A DNA stretch of 64,000 nucleotides from Myxococcales bacterium (GTDB lineage: Bacteria; Myxococcota_A; Polyangia; Polyangiales; DASUME01): positions 8,896,001 through 8,960,000 of the forward strand of contig JASGJH010000001.1 of the NCBI GenBank assembly GCA_047601445.1, read 5' to 3'. Below, in pieces: positions 9,432-19,270 of the stretch (position 1 is the first letter of the stretch; every line of letters starts with the position of its first letter). The notes under the pieces were generated by a model. The model was given only the letters and a program-made list of their open reading frames with translations. It was not told the DNA's origin and did no database searches. A program made the translations under genes and the position numbers.

Positions 9432-12400
9432 ATGCGCGGATCGAAACACTACCTCGACGCCTTTGCGACCCTCCACGAACTTCCCAACGCCGACGAGCTG
9501 AGGGCCACCTGGCGTCAAAGCATGGCCACGCTGGCGGAGGCCACGCTGGAGTCGCGCGGAGTTCCGCTCGAAGGGCTTCACCCCGACCAGCTGCTCGCCG
9601 GCGTGCGCGTTGCCATGGCGTCCAACTTGATGGACGACCTGGGCTTCCTGTCGGCGCCCGCCGCAGCCTGTGCGCTGTATGGTCTTGCATCGGCACTGCC
9701 CCACGGCGCGGAGCGCCGCGAGCTGGGTCGCCGGGTGCTGCTGCGCCTCCATGAGAGCGATGCCGCCACCTTCGTCTCCCTGGCCACCGCCGTAGCGCTG
9801 GGCTCCACGCGCGCCTTCGAGGGTGCGGCCATGCGCGCGCGGGTCGGGCTCTCCCTGGTCTTGCCCATCGGTACGGGCACGCCTGCCGACGCGTTGGCGT
9901 TGGCGCTCATCTCTCGTCGCGAACTGGCGCAGCGCTGGTTGGTGGAGCCGTCCACCGGTTCCCTGCCCGCGCGCCGCATGGCCGCGCGTCTGCTCGAGCG
10001 CGCCGCGCGCGAGGCCGCGCGTCGTGCGGCCCAGGGCGACGACGGCGGGCTCGGCCTGTTCGACTCCCACATGGTGCAGACCGCGTGGAACTACCTGATG
10101 AGCGATCGCGAGCCGCTGGTATGGCGCCACATCGCCACCGGCCGCGGCCTGCTCTCGGCCGTGATGCCCCGCTTCACCGAAGAGGTCGAGCGCGACCTGC
10201 TTGCCACGGCCTCCTTCTCGCGCTGGCGCCGCGGTGCGACCTCGCTCGCTGCCCGCGTGGCCTTGCGTCCCAACGAAGCCGTGGCGCGCGCCCGCGACGT
10301 GCTCGGCGGCAGTCTGCTCGGGCGTGATCCCGGTATGGCAGCGGCCATGATCTACGGCCTGCCGCGCGCGGCCGAGGTCGAGCCCGACGCCGCAGAGGAA
10401 CTCTTGATGGCCGCCACGGAGCGTGGCGGGGTACTCGCTGCGGAGGCGCTGGTCGATCTCCGGCGCGAGTGGTTCGGCTCGAGCTTCGGCCTGAAGGCCG
10501 CCGAAGTCGCGCGCGTGCAGCTGCGGCAGAAGCATGGCGGCGACAGCAGTGACGACGGCCAGGTCGCCTTGATCGATGTACTCTGCGAGGAGCTCGGAGA
10601 ACGCGGCGAAGACCGCGCGCCGAGCTTGCCCGACCGCGTGTTCAAGGCCTTGAGCGCGTTCGGCAACAAGAGCGCGCGCGCCGCCTACGAGCAGGCCCGG
10701 GAGGCCCTCGGGGTCGCCTCGGAGTTGCTCAAGCGCCTCGAGAGCCTCAACGAGTCGGAAGGCACCAAGGCACGTCATGAGAGCTTCCGCCTGATGCACG
10801 AGCTCGACGTGGGATTGCTCGAGTCTTCCATCCTCTCGGATCTGTTGAGCCTCGGGGCGCAGGGCAACGACACCTCCAAGACGGTGGCTCCGTTGACGGC
10901 GCTGATGACTCGCCTCAACACGAACATGATGACGTACGAGACCGCGCCCCACATGGGTGGCGAAACGGTCCCTCACCTCACGCTGCGTATGCGGCGCCTG
11001 CGCACGCTGTTGCATCTGCTCGACTTGGACACGCGGCAGGGTGACGAACGCACGAGTCCAGGTGGCGACCCGCGCGTGCAACGGCTCGACACCATCCGCA
11101 GGTTGTTCGAGCGCGTCCGCGACGATGCCTCGAGTCCCATGGATCGCATCGTCCACGCGTCGGTGGCCCGTGGTTGTGACAGCTTGGTGCGCGACGAAAT
11201 CTTCGAGCTCTCCGACGTGGTGTTGGCCGCTGCCGCCAACGTGCCGACGCCCGAGGGATTCGCGGCGCTTTCCGAAGGCTCGATGCTGCCCGAGGTCAAG
11301 CTCTGCCTGAAGGCGCTGGCCGGCCTCGTGCGCACCTTGTTCAAGGCTGGGCGCGACTCGGGCGGACAGCAGGCCCTGATGGACGCGCTGGTGGAGCTTT
11401 CCCACGCACTCCCTGCCGAGAGCTCTCCGCGCACCGAGGGATTGCGCTCGAACCTGCTTCGGCTGGCCCGCGCGCTCCGCTTCGTGGGCCAGGCGCGGTC
11501 CCTGCGCGAAATCGCGCAGGAGCAGCGCGCCATGGAGCTGCTCGAGATCGCGGTCGACGAGCTGGTCCACCTGGCCGCGGGCGCACGGCGTCGGCTGAAC
11601 TCCAGGGGGCCCATCTCGTCGCCCAACGCAGGAGAAGCGGTTTCCACCCTGGGGCTTGCGGTCGAGCGCGCCGTCCAGGACCAAGACGACTCGCGCGCCG
11701 CCATCGAGGTGGCGCTGGACGCCCTCGACCAGAGCCTGCGCGCCGAGCTTCCGCCCATGTTCGGCGGCCTGATCATGAACATCCTGCGTCCGCTCGCGGA
11801 TCGACCGCTCGAGGCCCCCAAGGTTACGCGCAACTCGGGCGTGCAGGCGCCCGTGCCAGTCGAGGATCGCCCGCTGCCCGCCTGGTTACCACCCGCGCGC
11901 ACGCTCGGTGGCTTCTTCGTGGTGCGCGCGCTCGGCGCCGGTGCGGGTGGCTCGGTGTTCGTGGTCAAGCGCTCGGAGGAACGCAACGAACCGCGCGCCC
12001 CGCAGCTCGCACTCAAGGTCCCCGAGTACGACGGCAGCGCAGCTCGCTCGCTCTCCGAGGAAGAGTTCTTGCGCATGTTCCGCCAGGAGGCGGGCGCGCT
12101 GCTCGCCATTCCGCCCCACGAGAACCTCGCCAGCTTCGTGACCTTCGACGCGGGCGCCAAGCCCAAGCCGGTGTTGGTGATGGAGCTCGTGGAGGGGCCC
12201 ACCCTGGAGCGCGTTCTCGCCAAGGGCGACATGGACTGCACGCGCGGCGTCTCCCTGATCGACGGCATGCTCTCGGGCCTCGAAGCGATGCACGCGGTCG
12301 GCGTTGGACACCTCGACGTGAAGCCTTCCAACGTCATCCTGCGCGAGCGCGAGACTTTGCCCACTCAGCCCGTGCTGGTGGACTTCGGCTTGGCCGGACG

Positions 12401-12791
12401 CCACGTGCGTCCGGGCTGCGCCACCGGCAACTACGGCGCCCCCGAAATCTGGGGACTGGTGCCCGACGGCATCACGCCCTCGCCGATGTCAGCTGACGTC
12501 TACGCTCTCGGTTGCGTCGCCTACGAGGTCATGACGGGCCAAACCTTGTTCAGCGCTGCCAGCGAGATGGCCATGATCGCGGCCCACGTCAGTCACGATG
12601 GACGCCCTGCTCCGGTCGCCGCGCTCGCCGCCGAGAAGGACACGGCGCCCTTTGCCGATTGGCTCGCACGTTGTCTGCGCCAGGATCCGCGCGAGCGCGC
12701 CTCGGTGCGCGAACTGCGTCAGGGCTTGCGCGGGCTCAAGGAGTCCCTCAAGGGCTGTGAGTGGCCGATGCCGCTTCCGGCCGAGGTCTAG
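9432..12791 (+). CDS. Large Ser/Thr protein kinase with C-terminal kinase domain
   Basis: LGAGAGGSVF, ALKVP, HLDVKPSN, DFGLA, YGAPE and ADVYALG in the last ~290 aa; long helical N-terminal region. Confidence 0.88.
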   Translation: MRGSKHYLDAFATLHELPNADELRATWRQSMATLAEATLESRGVPLEGLHPDQLLAGVRVAMASNLMDDLGFLSAPAAACALYGLASALPHGAERRELGRRVLLRLHESDAATFVSLATAVALGSTRAFEGAAMRARVGLSLVLPIGTGTPADALALALISRRELAQRWLVEPSTGSLPARRMAARLLERAAREAARRAAQGDDGGLGLFDSHMVQTAWNYLMSDREPLVWRHIATGRGLLSAVMPRFTEEVERDLLATASFSRWRRGATSLAARVALRPNEAVARARDVLGGSLLGRDPGMAAAMIYGLPRAAEVEPDAAEELLMAATERGGVLAAEALVDLRREWFGSSFGLKAAEVARVQLRQKHGGDSSDDGQVALIDVLCEELGERGEDRAPSLPDRVFKALSAFGNKSARAAYEQAREALGVASELLKRLESLNESEGTKARHESFRLMHELDVGLLESSILSDLLSLGAQGNDTSKTVAPLTALMTRLNTNMMTYETAPHMGGETVPHLTLRMRRLRTLLHLLDLDTRQGDERTSPGGDPRVQRLDTIRRLFERVRDDASSPMDRIVHASVARGCDSLVRDEIFELSDVVLAAAANVPTPEGFAALSEGSMLPEVKLCLKALAGLVRTLFKAGRDSGGQQALMDALVELSHALPAESSPRTEGLRSNLLRLARALRFVGQARSLREIAQEQRAMELLEIAVDELVHLAAGARRRLNSRGPISSPNAGEAVSTLGLAVERAVQDQDDSRAAIEVALDALDQSLRAELPPMFGGLIMNILRPLADRPLEAPKVTRNSGVQAPVPVEDRPLPAWLPPARTLGGFFVVRALGAGAGGSVFVVKRSEERNEPRAPQLALKVPEYDGSAARSLSEEEFLRMFRQEAGALLAIPPHENLASFVTFDAGAKPKPVLVMELVEGPTLERVLAKGDMDCTRGVSLIDGMLSGLEAMHAVGVGHLDVKPSNVILRERETLPTQPVLVDFGLAGRHVRPGCATGNYGAPEIWGLVPDGITPSPMSADVYALGCVAYEVMTGQTLFSAASEMAMIAAHVSHDGRPAPVAALAAEKDTAPFADWLARCLRQDPRERASVRELRQGLRGLKESLKGCEWPMPLPAEV

Positions 12792-12839
12792 CAGGCGGCA
12801 GACGAAGTCAGCTACCTGCTCCCGTGCCCGCAGGCTTGC

Positions 12840-13709
12840 CTAGCCGAACACGACCGTCTTGTTGCCGTACACCAACACGCGGTCTTCGATGTGCCACTTC
12901 ACGGCGCGTGCGAGGGCGATCTTCTCCATATCGCGCCCCTTGCGTACGAGGTCGTCCACCGAGTCGCGGTGCGAGGTGCGCATCACGTCCTGCTCGATGA
13001 TCGGTCCCTCGTCGAGATCCGACGTGGCGTAGTGCGCCGTGGCGCCGATCAGCTTGACGCCTCGCTCATGGGCCCGGTGATAGGGCTTGCCGCCCATGAA
13101 CGCGGGCAAGAACGAGTGGTGGATGTTGATGATGCGATTCGGGTAGCGCGCCGTGAATTCCGGGCTCAGCACCTGCATGTAGCGGGCGAGCACGACCAAA
13201 TCCACGCGGGTGTCCTCGAGCAGCTGCCACTGCTTCTGCTCTTGCTCGGCCTTGTTGACCTTGTCGATCGGGAACACGTGGAACGGCACGTTGAACTGCG
13301 CGGCCACCGGCGCGAGGTCCGCGTGATTGCTCACCACCAGGCTGATCTCGCAGGCGAGCTCGCCGGCACGGTGACGCAAGAGCAGGTCGTAGAGGCAGTG
13401 GTCGTACTTGGAGACGAAGATCGCGACCCGCTTCGGTACGCTCTCGTACGCGAGCCGGTACGTCATGTCGAAGCGCTGCGCGACCTCGGCCAAGCCACGC
13501 TCGAGCACGAGCTTGTCGGTGTGGAGCTCGCGCACGTCGAAGCGGATGCGCTGGAAGAACATCGAGGCCACCGCATCGGTGTGCTGGTCGGCGTCGACGA
13601 TGTTGCAACCATATCCGTAGAGAAACTGGGCCAGCGCCGCCACCAGTCCCTTGCGGTCCGGGCAGCTCACCAGCAGCGTCGCCAGGGTTCCCTTGTCGCT
13701 CGTCGCCAT
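12840..13709 (-). CDS. purU: Formyltetrahydrofolate deformylase
   Basis: SCPDRKGLVA ACT domain, LARYMQVL, INIHHSFLPAF.G.KPY, GATAHY..DLDEGPIIEQ. Confidence 0.96.
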   Translation of the reverse strand: MATSDKGTLATLLVSCPDRKGLVAALAQFLYGYGCNIVDADQHTDAVASMFFQRIRFDVRELHTDKLVLERGLAEVAQRFDMTYRLAYESVPKRVAIFVSKYDHCLYDLLLRHRAGELACEISLVVSNHADLAPVAAQFNVPFHVFPIDKVNKAEQEQKQWQLLEDTRVDLVVLARYMQVLSPEFTARYPNRIINIHHSFLPAFMGGKPYHRAHERGVKLIGATAHYATSDLDEGPIIEQDVMRTSHRDSVDDLVRKGRDMEKIALARAVKWHIEDRVLVYGNKTVVFG

Positions 13710-13716
13710 CTCGAGA

Positions 13717-14787
13717 TCAGCCCTTGTTGAGGCGAGCGCGTCGTGCGCGCACGGCCGCCGCGAGCTCGTCCAGCACGGGCACCGTCTCGCTCCAGCCGAG
13801 ACACGCATCGGTGATGCTCTGTCCGTACACGGCCTGACCGGGCTTGTAGTCCTGGCGACCACCCACGAGGTGGCTCTCCAACATCACGCCGAACACCCGC
13901 GACTCACCCGCCGCCAGCTGTTCGCCGATGGCAGCCAGCACCTTGGGTTGATTGCGGTGATCCTTGCTGCTGTTGCCGTGGCTGGCGTCGATCATGATGC
14001 GAGGCGGTTGCTTGGCCGCCTCCAATGCGCGTGCCGCCTGCTCCACGTGCTCGGCACCGAAGTTCGGGCCCGTGTTGGAGCCGCGCAGGATCACGTGACA
14101 GCGATCGTTGCCCTTGGTGGCCACGATGGCGTGGATGCCCTGCTTGGTGACCGACAGAAAATGATGGGGGTGGCTGGCAGCCCTGATCGCGTCGACCGCG
14201 ATCTGCACGTTGCCGTCGGTGCCGTTCTTGAAGCCCACGGGCATCGACAAGCCGGAGGCCAGCTCGCGGTGCACCTGGCTCTCCGTGGTGCGGGCGCCGA
14301 TCGCTCCCCAGCTCACCAGGTCCGCGATGAACTGCGGCGTGATGGTGTCGAGGAACTCCGTGGCACACGGAACACCCAGGTTGAGCAGCTCCACCAGGAG
14401 TCCGCGCGCCAGCCGCAGTCCCTTGTTGATCGCGAAGCTCCCATCGAGAAGTGGGTCATTGATCAACCCCTTCCAACCCACGGTCGTGCGGGGCTTTTCG
14501 AAGTACACCCGCATCACGATCAACAGATCGTTGCGGAGACGCTTGGCCTCGATGGCGAGCTTCTGCCCGTACTCGATGGCGGCGTTCACGTCGTGGATCG
14601 AACAGGGGCCGACCACCACCAGCATGCGGTCATCGCGCCCGTCCATGACGTCGCGCACCTGCAGTCTGGATTCGGCCACCACCCGCGAGCCTTCTTCGGT
14701 GATCGGGATCTCTTCGATCAGGATTGCCGGAGGAATCAGCGGTCTGATCTTGTCGATGCGCAGGTCGTCGGTCGGATAGAAAGACAT
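13717..14787 (-). CDS. aroG: 3-deoxy-7-phosphoheptulonate (DAHP) synthase, class I-alpha (AroF/G/H type)
   Basis: GPCSIHD, MRVYFEKPRTTVGWKGLINDP, GAIGARTTESQ.HRELASG, SITDAC; the exact paralog name is uncertain. Confidence 0.93.
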   Translation of the reverse strand: MSFYPTDDLRIDKIRPLIPPAILIEEIPITEEGSRVVAESRLQVRDVMDGRDDRMLVVVGPCSIHDVNAAIEYGQKLAIEAKRLRNDLLIVMRVYFEKPRTTVGWKGLINDPLLDGSFAINKGLRLARGLLVELLNLGVPCATEFLDTITPQFIADLVSWGAIGARTTESQVHRELASGLSMPVGFKNGTDGNVQIAVDAIRAASHPHHFLSVTKQGIHAIVATKGNDRCHVILRGSNTGPNFGAEHVEQAARALEAAKQPPRIMIDASHGNSSKDHRNQPKVLAAIGEQLAAGESRVFGVMLESHLVGGRQDYKPGQAVYGQSITDACLGWSETVPVLDELAAAVRARRARLNKG

Positions 14788-14861
14788 GGCGTTGGTTCCG
14801 GGGCAAAAGCGTGGGCTAGCGAAAGCTGAGGGGAGGGCCTTCGGAAGGCGCTTGAATGGCG

Positions 14862-15164
14862 TTAGGGGTCCCTCGGTAGTTCGATCTTGGGCTTGTGAGG
14901 GTGACGCTTGTACAGGACGACGACTCGGCCGATGAGTCCGGCGAGCTCGGCCTTCACCATGTTAGGCAGCCGGTCGGCCAGCTCCTGACGCTCCAGGGGC
15001 GCGGTATCGAGCAAGCGAACCTTGATCAGTTCGTGGGCCAGCAGGGCGTCCTTCACCGCTTCGAGCACGGTCTCCGACAAGCCTTCTTTGCCAACCATGA
15101 CCACCGGATTGAGCGCATGCGCTTCGGCGCGCAGGAACCGGCGCTGTTTTCCCGTCAAACTCAT
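14862..15164 (-). CDS. yhbY: Ribosome-assembly RNA-binding protein (CRM domain)
   Basis: LTGKQRRFLR..AH.LNPVV.VGK.G, HELIKV, IGRVVVLY. Confidence 0.92.
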   Translation of the reverse strand: MSLTGKQRRFLRAEAHALNPVVMVGKEGLSETVLEAVKDALLAHELIKVRLLDTAPLERQELADRLPNMVKAELAGLIGRVVVLYKRHPHKPKIELPRDP

Positions 15165-15251
15165 AGGGGACCAGAGGTTAGCACGGGCTTGGGACACTGC
15201 CCCGGCGACGCGCGCCTGACGCGCGCGTGCGCTCCTTGGAGAGCTCTGCTC

Positions 15252-15716
15252 TCAGCCCATCTTCAAGAGCTGGGTGGCCTCTTGAGGATCGATGGCCCAA
15301 AGCAACCGGCCCCCCTCGATCCAGACGGCCTCGCTAGGAGCAAATGCGACCGAAGCCCCGCCCGTCAGCAGCTGCGCCACGTCGCCCAGGGTGGGCATGT
15401 GGCCGAAGGCCGCGATGTGCCCATCGAGGCTAGCCAGGTCGCGCGCGGCCATGTCGGCTGGGACCGTGTAGGACAGCGAGGGCAGGCTCACCACCGGGCC
15501 GGCGAACCCCAGCACATGGGCGAAAATTTCGGCGGTTTGGACGGCTCGGACGCGTGGGCTCGTCACCATGCGCGTGAACGAAATACCCTTGTCTTTCAAC
15601 GACTCCGCCACTGCGTGGGCTTTGCTGCGACCGCTCGCCGTGAGCCAGCGAGCGGAGTCATCTACCTGGCCAACGGCTTGAGCAGCGTCCGAGTGTCGCA
15701 CCAGCAGAAGCCCCAT
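15252..15716 (-). CDS. sixA: Phosphohistidine phosphatase SixA family
   Basis: LVRHSDA, R.LT..G, TSPRVRAVQTA, GHMP. Confidence 0.82.
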   Translation of the reverse strand: MGLLLVRHSDAAQAVGQVDDSARWLTASGRSKAHAVAESLKDKGISFTRMVTSPRVRAVQTAEIFAHVLGFAGPVVSLPSLSYTVPADMAARDLASLDGHIAAFGHMPTLGDVAQLLTGGASVAFAPSEAVWIEGGRLLWAIDPQEATQLLKMG

Positions 15717-15782
15717 GGGTCGCCCTCTTGTCCGGACGCGCGGATGCGCGCGCCAGCGAGAAAAGAACCAACGCGGGCTAGT

Positions 15783-16266
15783 TCATGCGCCGCGGTTAAC
15801 GCGACGATACAACGGACGGGGGTCATCTGTCGCTGCCTGGTAAGTCACCGAGAAATCGGCCAGACAGCGCAGCGCGGCATCCAGGTCCTTGCCTTCGACC
15901 AGCTCATAGGCATCGAAGCCGCAGCGATGCATGTAGAACAGCTGATCGCCGAGTACCTCTCCCACGGCCCGCAGCTCGCCCTTGTAGGCGTGCCGCTCGC
16001 GCAGGAGCCGGGCCTTGGAGTAGCCGCGGCCGTCCCCGAACTTCGGGAAGTTGATGGCCACGAGCGCCACCTTGGGGAGCACTGCCACCAGCGCCGCGAG
16101 ATCGTCCTCCGGGTCCACCCGCACGCCGAGCTTGCCCTTGTGGGCGGCCAGTGCGGCGGCGTCGTTCGCGAAACGCGCGAGCCCCACCACCACGTCACCG
16201 GTCTCGGGCACGGGTTGGCCGTCGGGCACGCTCTGCCAGCTGTCGCCCGAGACTACTTGTGTTCCT

Positions 16267-16280
<14 letters not shown>
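15783..16280 (-). CDS. DUF934 protein (sulfite reductase associated)
   Basis: FPKFGDGRGYS.ARLLRER..Y.GELRAVG.VL.DQL..M.RCGFD; overlaps the cysI stop. Confidence 0.92.
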
Positions 16281-17931
<1,651 letters not shown>

Positions 17932-17985
17932 GGGATTCCTCTCGATCCTCGATTCGGGGTGCGTCGGGCTTGGCCCGCGCGGGGT

Positions 17986-18276
17986 TCAGTCAGGTCGGCG
18001 GACACGCACGGTGGGACCCGTGCTGCGGATGCGTTCGCGGGCGCTCAAGGCATCGATGAAGCCGTCCTTCTTCTCGATCTTGAACGTGTAGGGGTCCGCC
18101 ACGATGGGCTGCTCGGTCTTGCCGCGGGTGGCCGCCTCGGCCTCCCCCTTCTCGGTCGCGAAGACCTCGGCCTCCTGGAGCGCACGGGACCACGTGCCCT
18201 GGGCCGTCAAGTACACGGGGGCGCCGTCGGCCAACCAGTGCGCGGTCACCACCACCAACTCATTCGTATCCGCCAT
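17986..18276 (-). CDS. DUF2849 protein
   Basis: VTAHWLADGAPVYL, VADPY, RERIRSTGPTV; position upstream of cysI is typical for the family. Confidence 0.85.
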   Translation of the reverse strand: MADTNELVVVTAHWLADGAPVYLTAQGTWSRALQEAEVFATEKGEAEAATRGKTEQPIVADPYTFKIEKKDGFIDALSARERIRSTGPTVRVRRPD

Positions 18277-18333
18277 GTGCGCCAATTTCGGGAGGGAATG
18301 AGCCATCCGACAACCGGAGAGTTGTTATGTTAT

Positions 18334-18352
18334 CCATAACGTTCTGTTATGG
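18334..18352. promoter_or_regulatory. LysR-type operator (ATA-N9-TAT / T-N11-A)
   Basis: CCATAAC-GTTCT-GTTATGG perfect 7-bp inverted repeat between the divergent DUF2849-cysI operon and the LysR gene. Confidence 0.75.
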
Positions 18353-18364
18353 TTCGGAGACGTC

Positions 18365-19249
18365 ATGGATCTCGATAAATTGCGGGCGTTCGCCGCGGTG
18401 GCCGAGGAGGGCAACATCACGCGGGCGGCACGGCGGCTGCGCACCAGCCAACCGGCCGTGTCCAAGCAGGTCTCGGAGCTCGAGGAGTCGTTGGGAGCGG
18501 TGCTCTTCGACCGGCTCCCGCGGGGGGTCCGGCTCACGGAGGCCGGCCAGGTGCTGATGCGCCATACCCAGCAGATCCTGGCAGCCGAGCGCCTGGCCGA
18601 GAACGAGATCGCGGAATTGAGCGGGCTCACCCGCGGCAAGCTCTCCATCGGGGCCAGCACCACCATCGGCAGCTACCTGCTGCCGGGCGTGTTTGGGGCC
18701 TTCCAGCGCAAGCACCCCCAGGTGCGTCTGGAGCTCGAGATTGCCAACACCACCGTGATCCAGGCGATGGCGCTCGACGGCCGCATCGACCTCGGGTTGA
18801 CCGAGGGCTTCATGCCCACGGACCAGCTCACCGCCGAGGTCGTCTACTACGACGAGATGGTCGCCATCGTGGCGCCCGACCATCCGCTGTCGGCCAAGCC
18901 CAAGGTTCAGCTGCGTGACCTGCGCAAGGTCCCCTTCATCAGCCGCGAGCGCGGCTCCGGCACGCGCGACGTGATCGAGGCGGCACTGGCGGAGCAGCAA
19001 GTTGAACTCGAGCCCGTGATGTCGCTGGGCAGCACGGAGGCGGTCAAGCGCGCGGTGGCAGCGGGTCTCGGCCTGGCCATCGTGTCGCGCCTCACCGTGG
19101 AGCTCGAGGTGCAGGCCAAGAAGCTCGTGGTGTTGGACGTGGCCGACCTCAATGTCCGACGCGGTCTTCACTTGGTGCGCTTGAAGGGAAAGCGCGAGAG
19201 CCGTGCGGTGGCGATGTTCCTCAAGCTGCTGCGCGAGGCCTTGGTCTGA
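18365..19249 (+). CDS. LysR family transcriptional regulator (CysL/YeiE-like)
   Basis: N-terminal HTH (NITRAA..L..SQPAVS), GASTTIGSYLLP, RERGSGTR, GSTEAVKRAV. Confidence 0.93.
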   Translation: MDLDKLRAFAAVAEEGNITRAARRLRTSQPAVSKQVSELEESLGAVLFDRLPRGVRLTEAGQVLMRHTQQILAAERLAENEIAELSGLTRGKLSIGASTTIGSYLLPGVFGAFQRKHPQVRLELEIANTTVIQAMALDGRIDLGLTEGFMPTDQLTAEVVYYDEMVAIVAPDHPLSAKPKVQLRDLRKVPFISRERGSGTRDVIEAALAEQQVELEPVMSLGSTEAVKRAVAAGLGLAIVSRLTVELEVQAKKLVVLDVADLNVRRGLHLVRLKGKRESRAVAMFLKLLREALV

Positions 19250-19270
19250 GATTCCGGCGCAGCGGCCCGT

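Noticed and set aside
14790..14860. Short hairpins (AGC-GAAA-GCT, GCCTTC-G-GAAGGC) between yhbY and the DAHP synthase gene, considered as a riboswitch or attenuator
   Set aside because: Too short, on the non-coding strand for the GNRA reading, no leader peptide and no match to a riboswitch consensus I know
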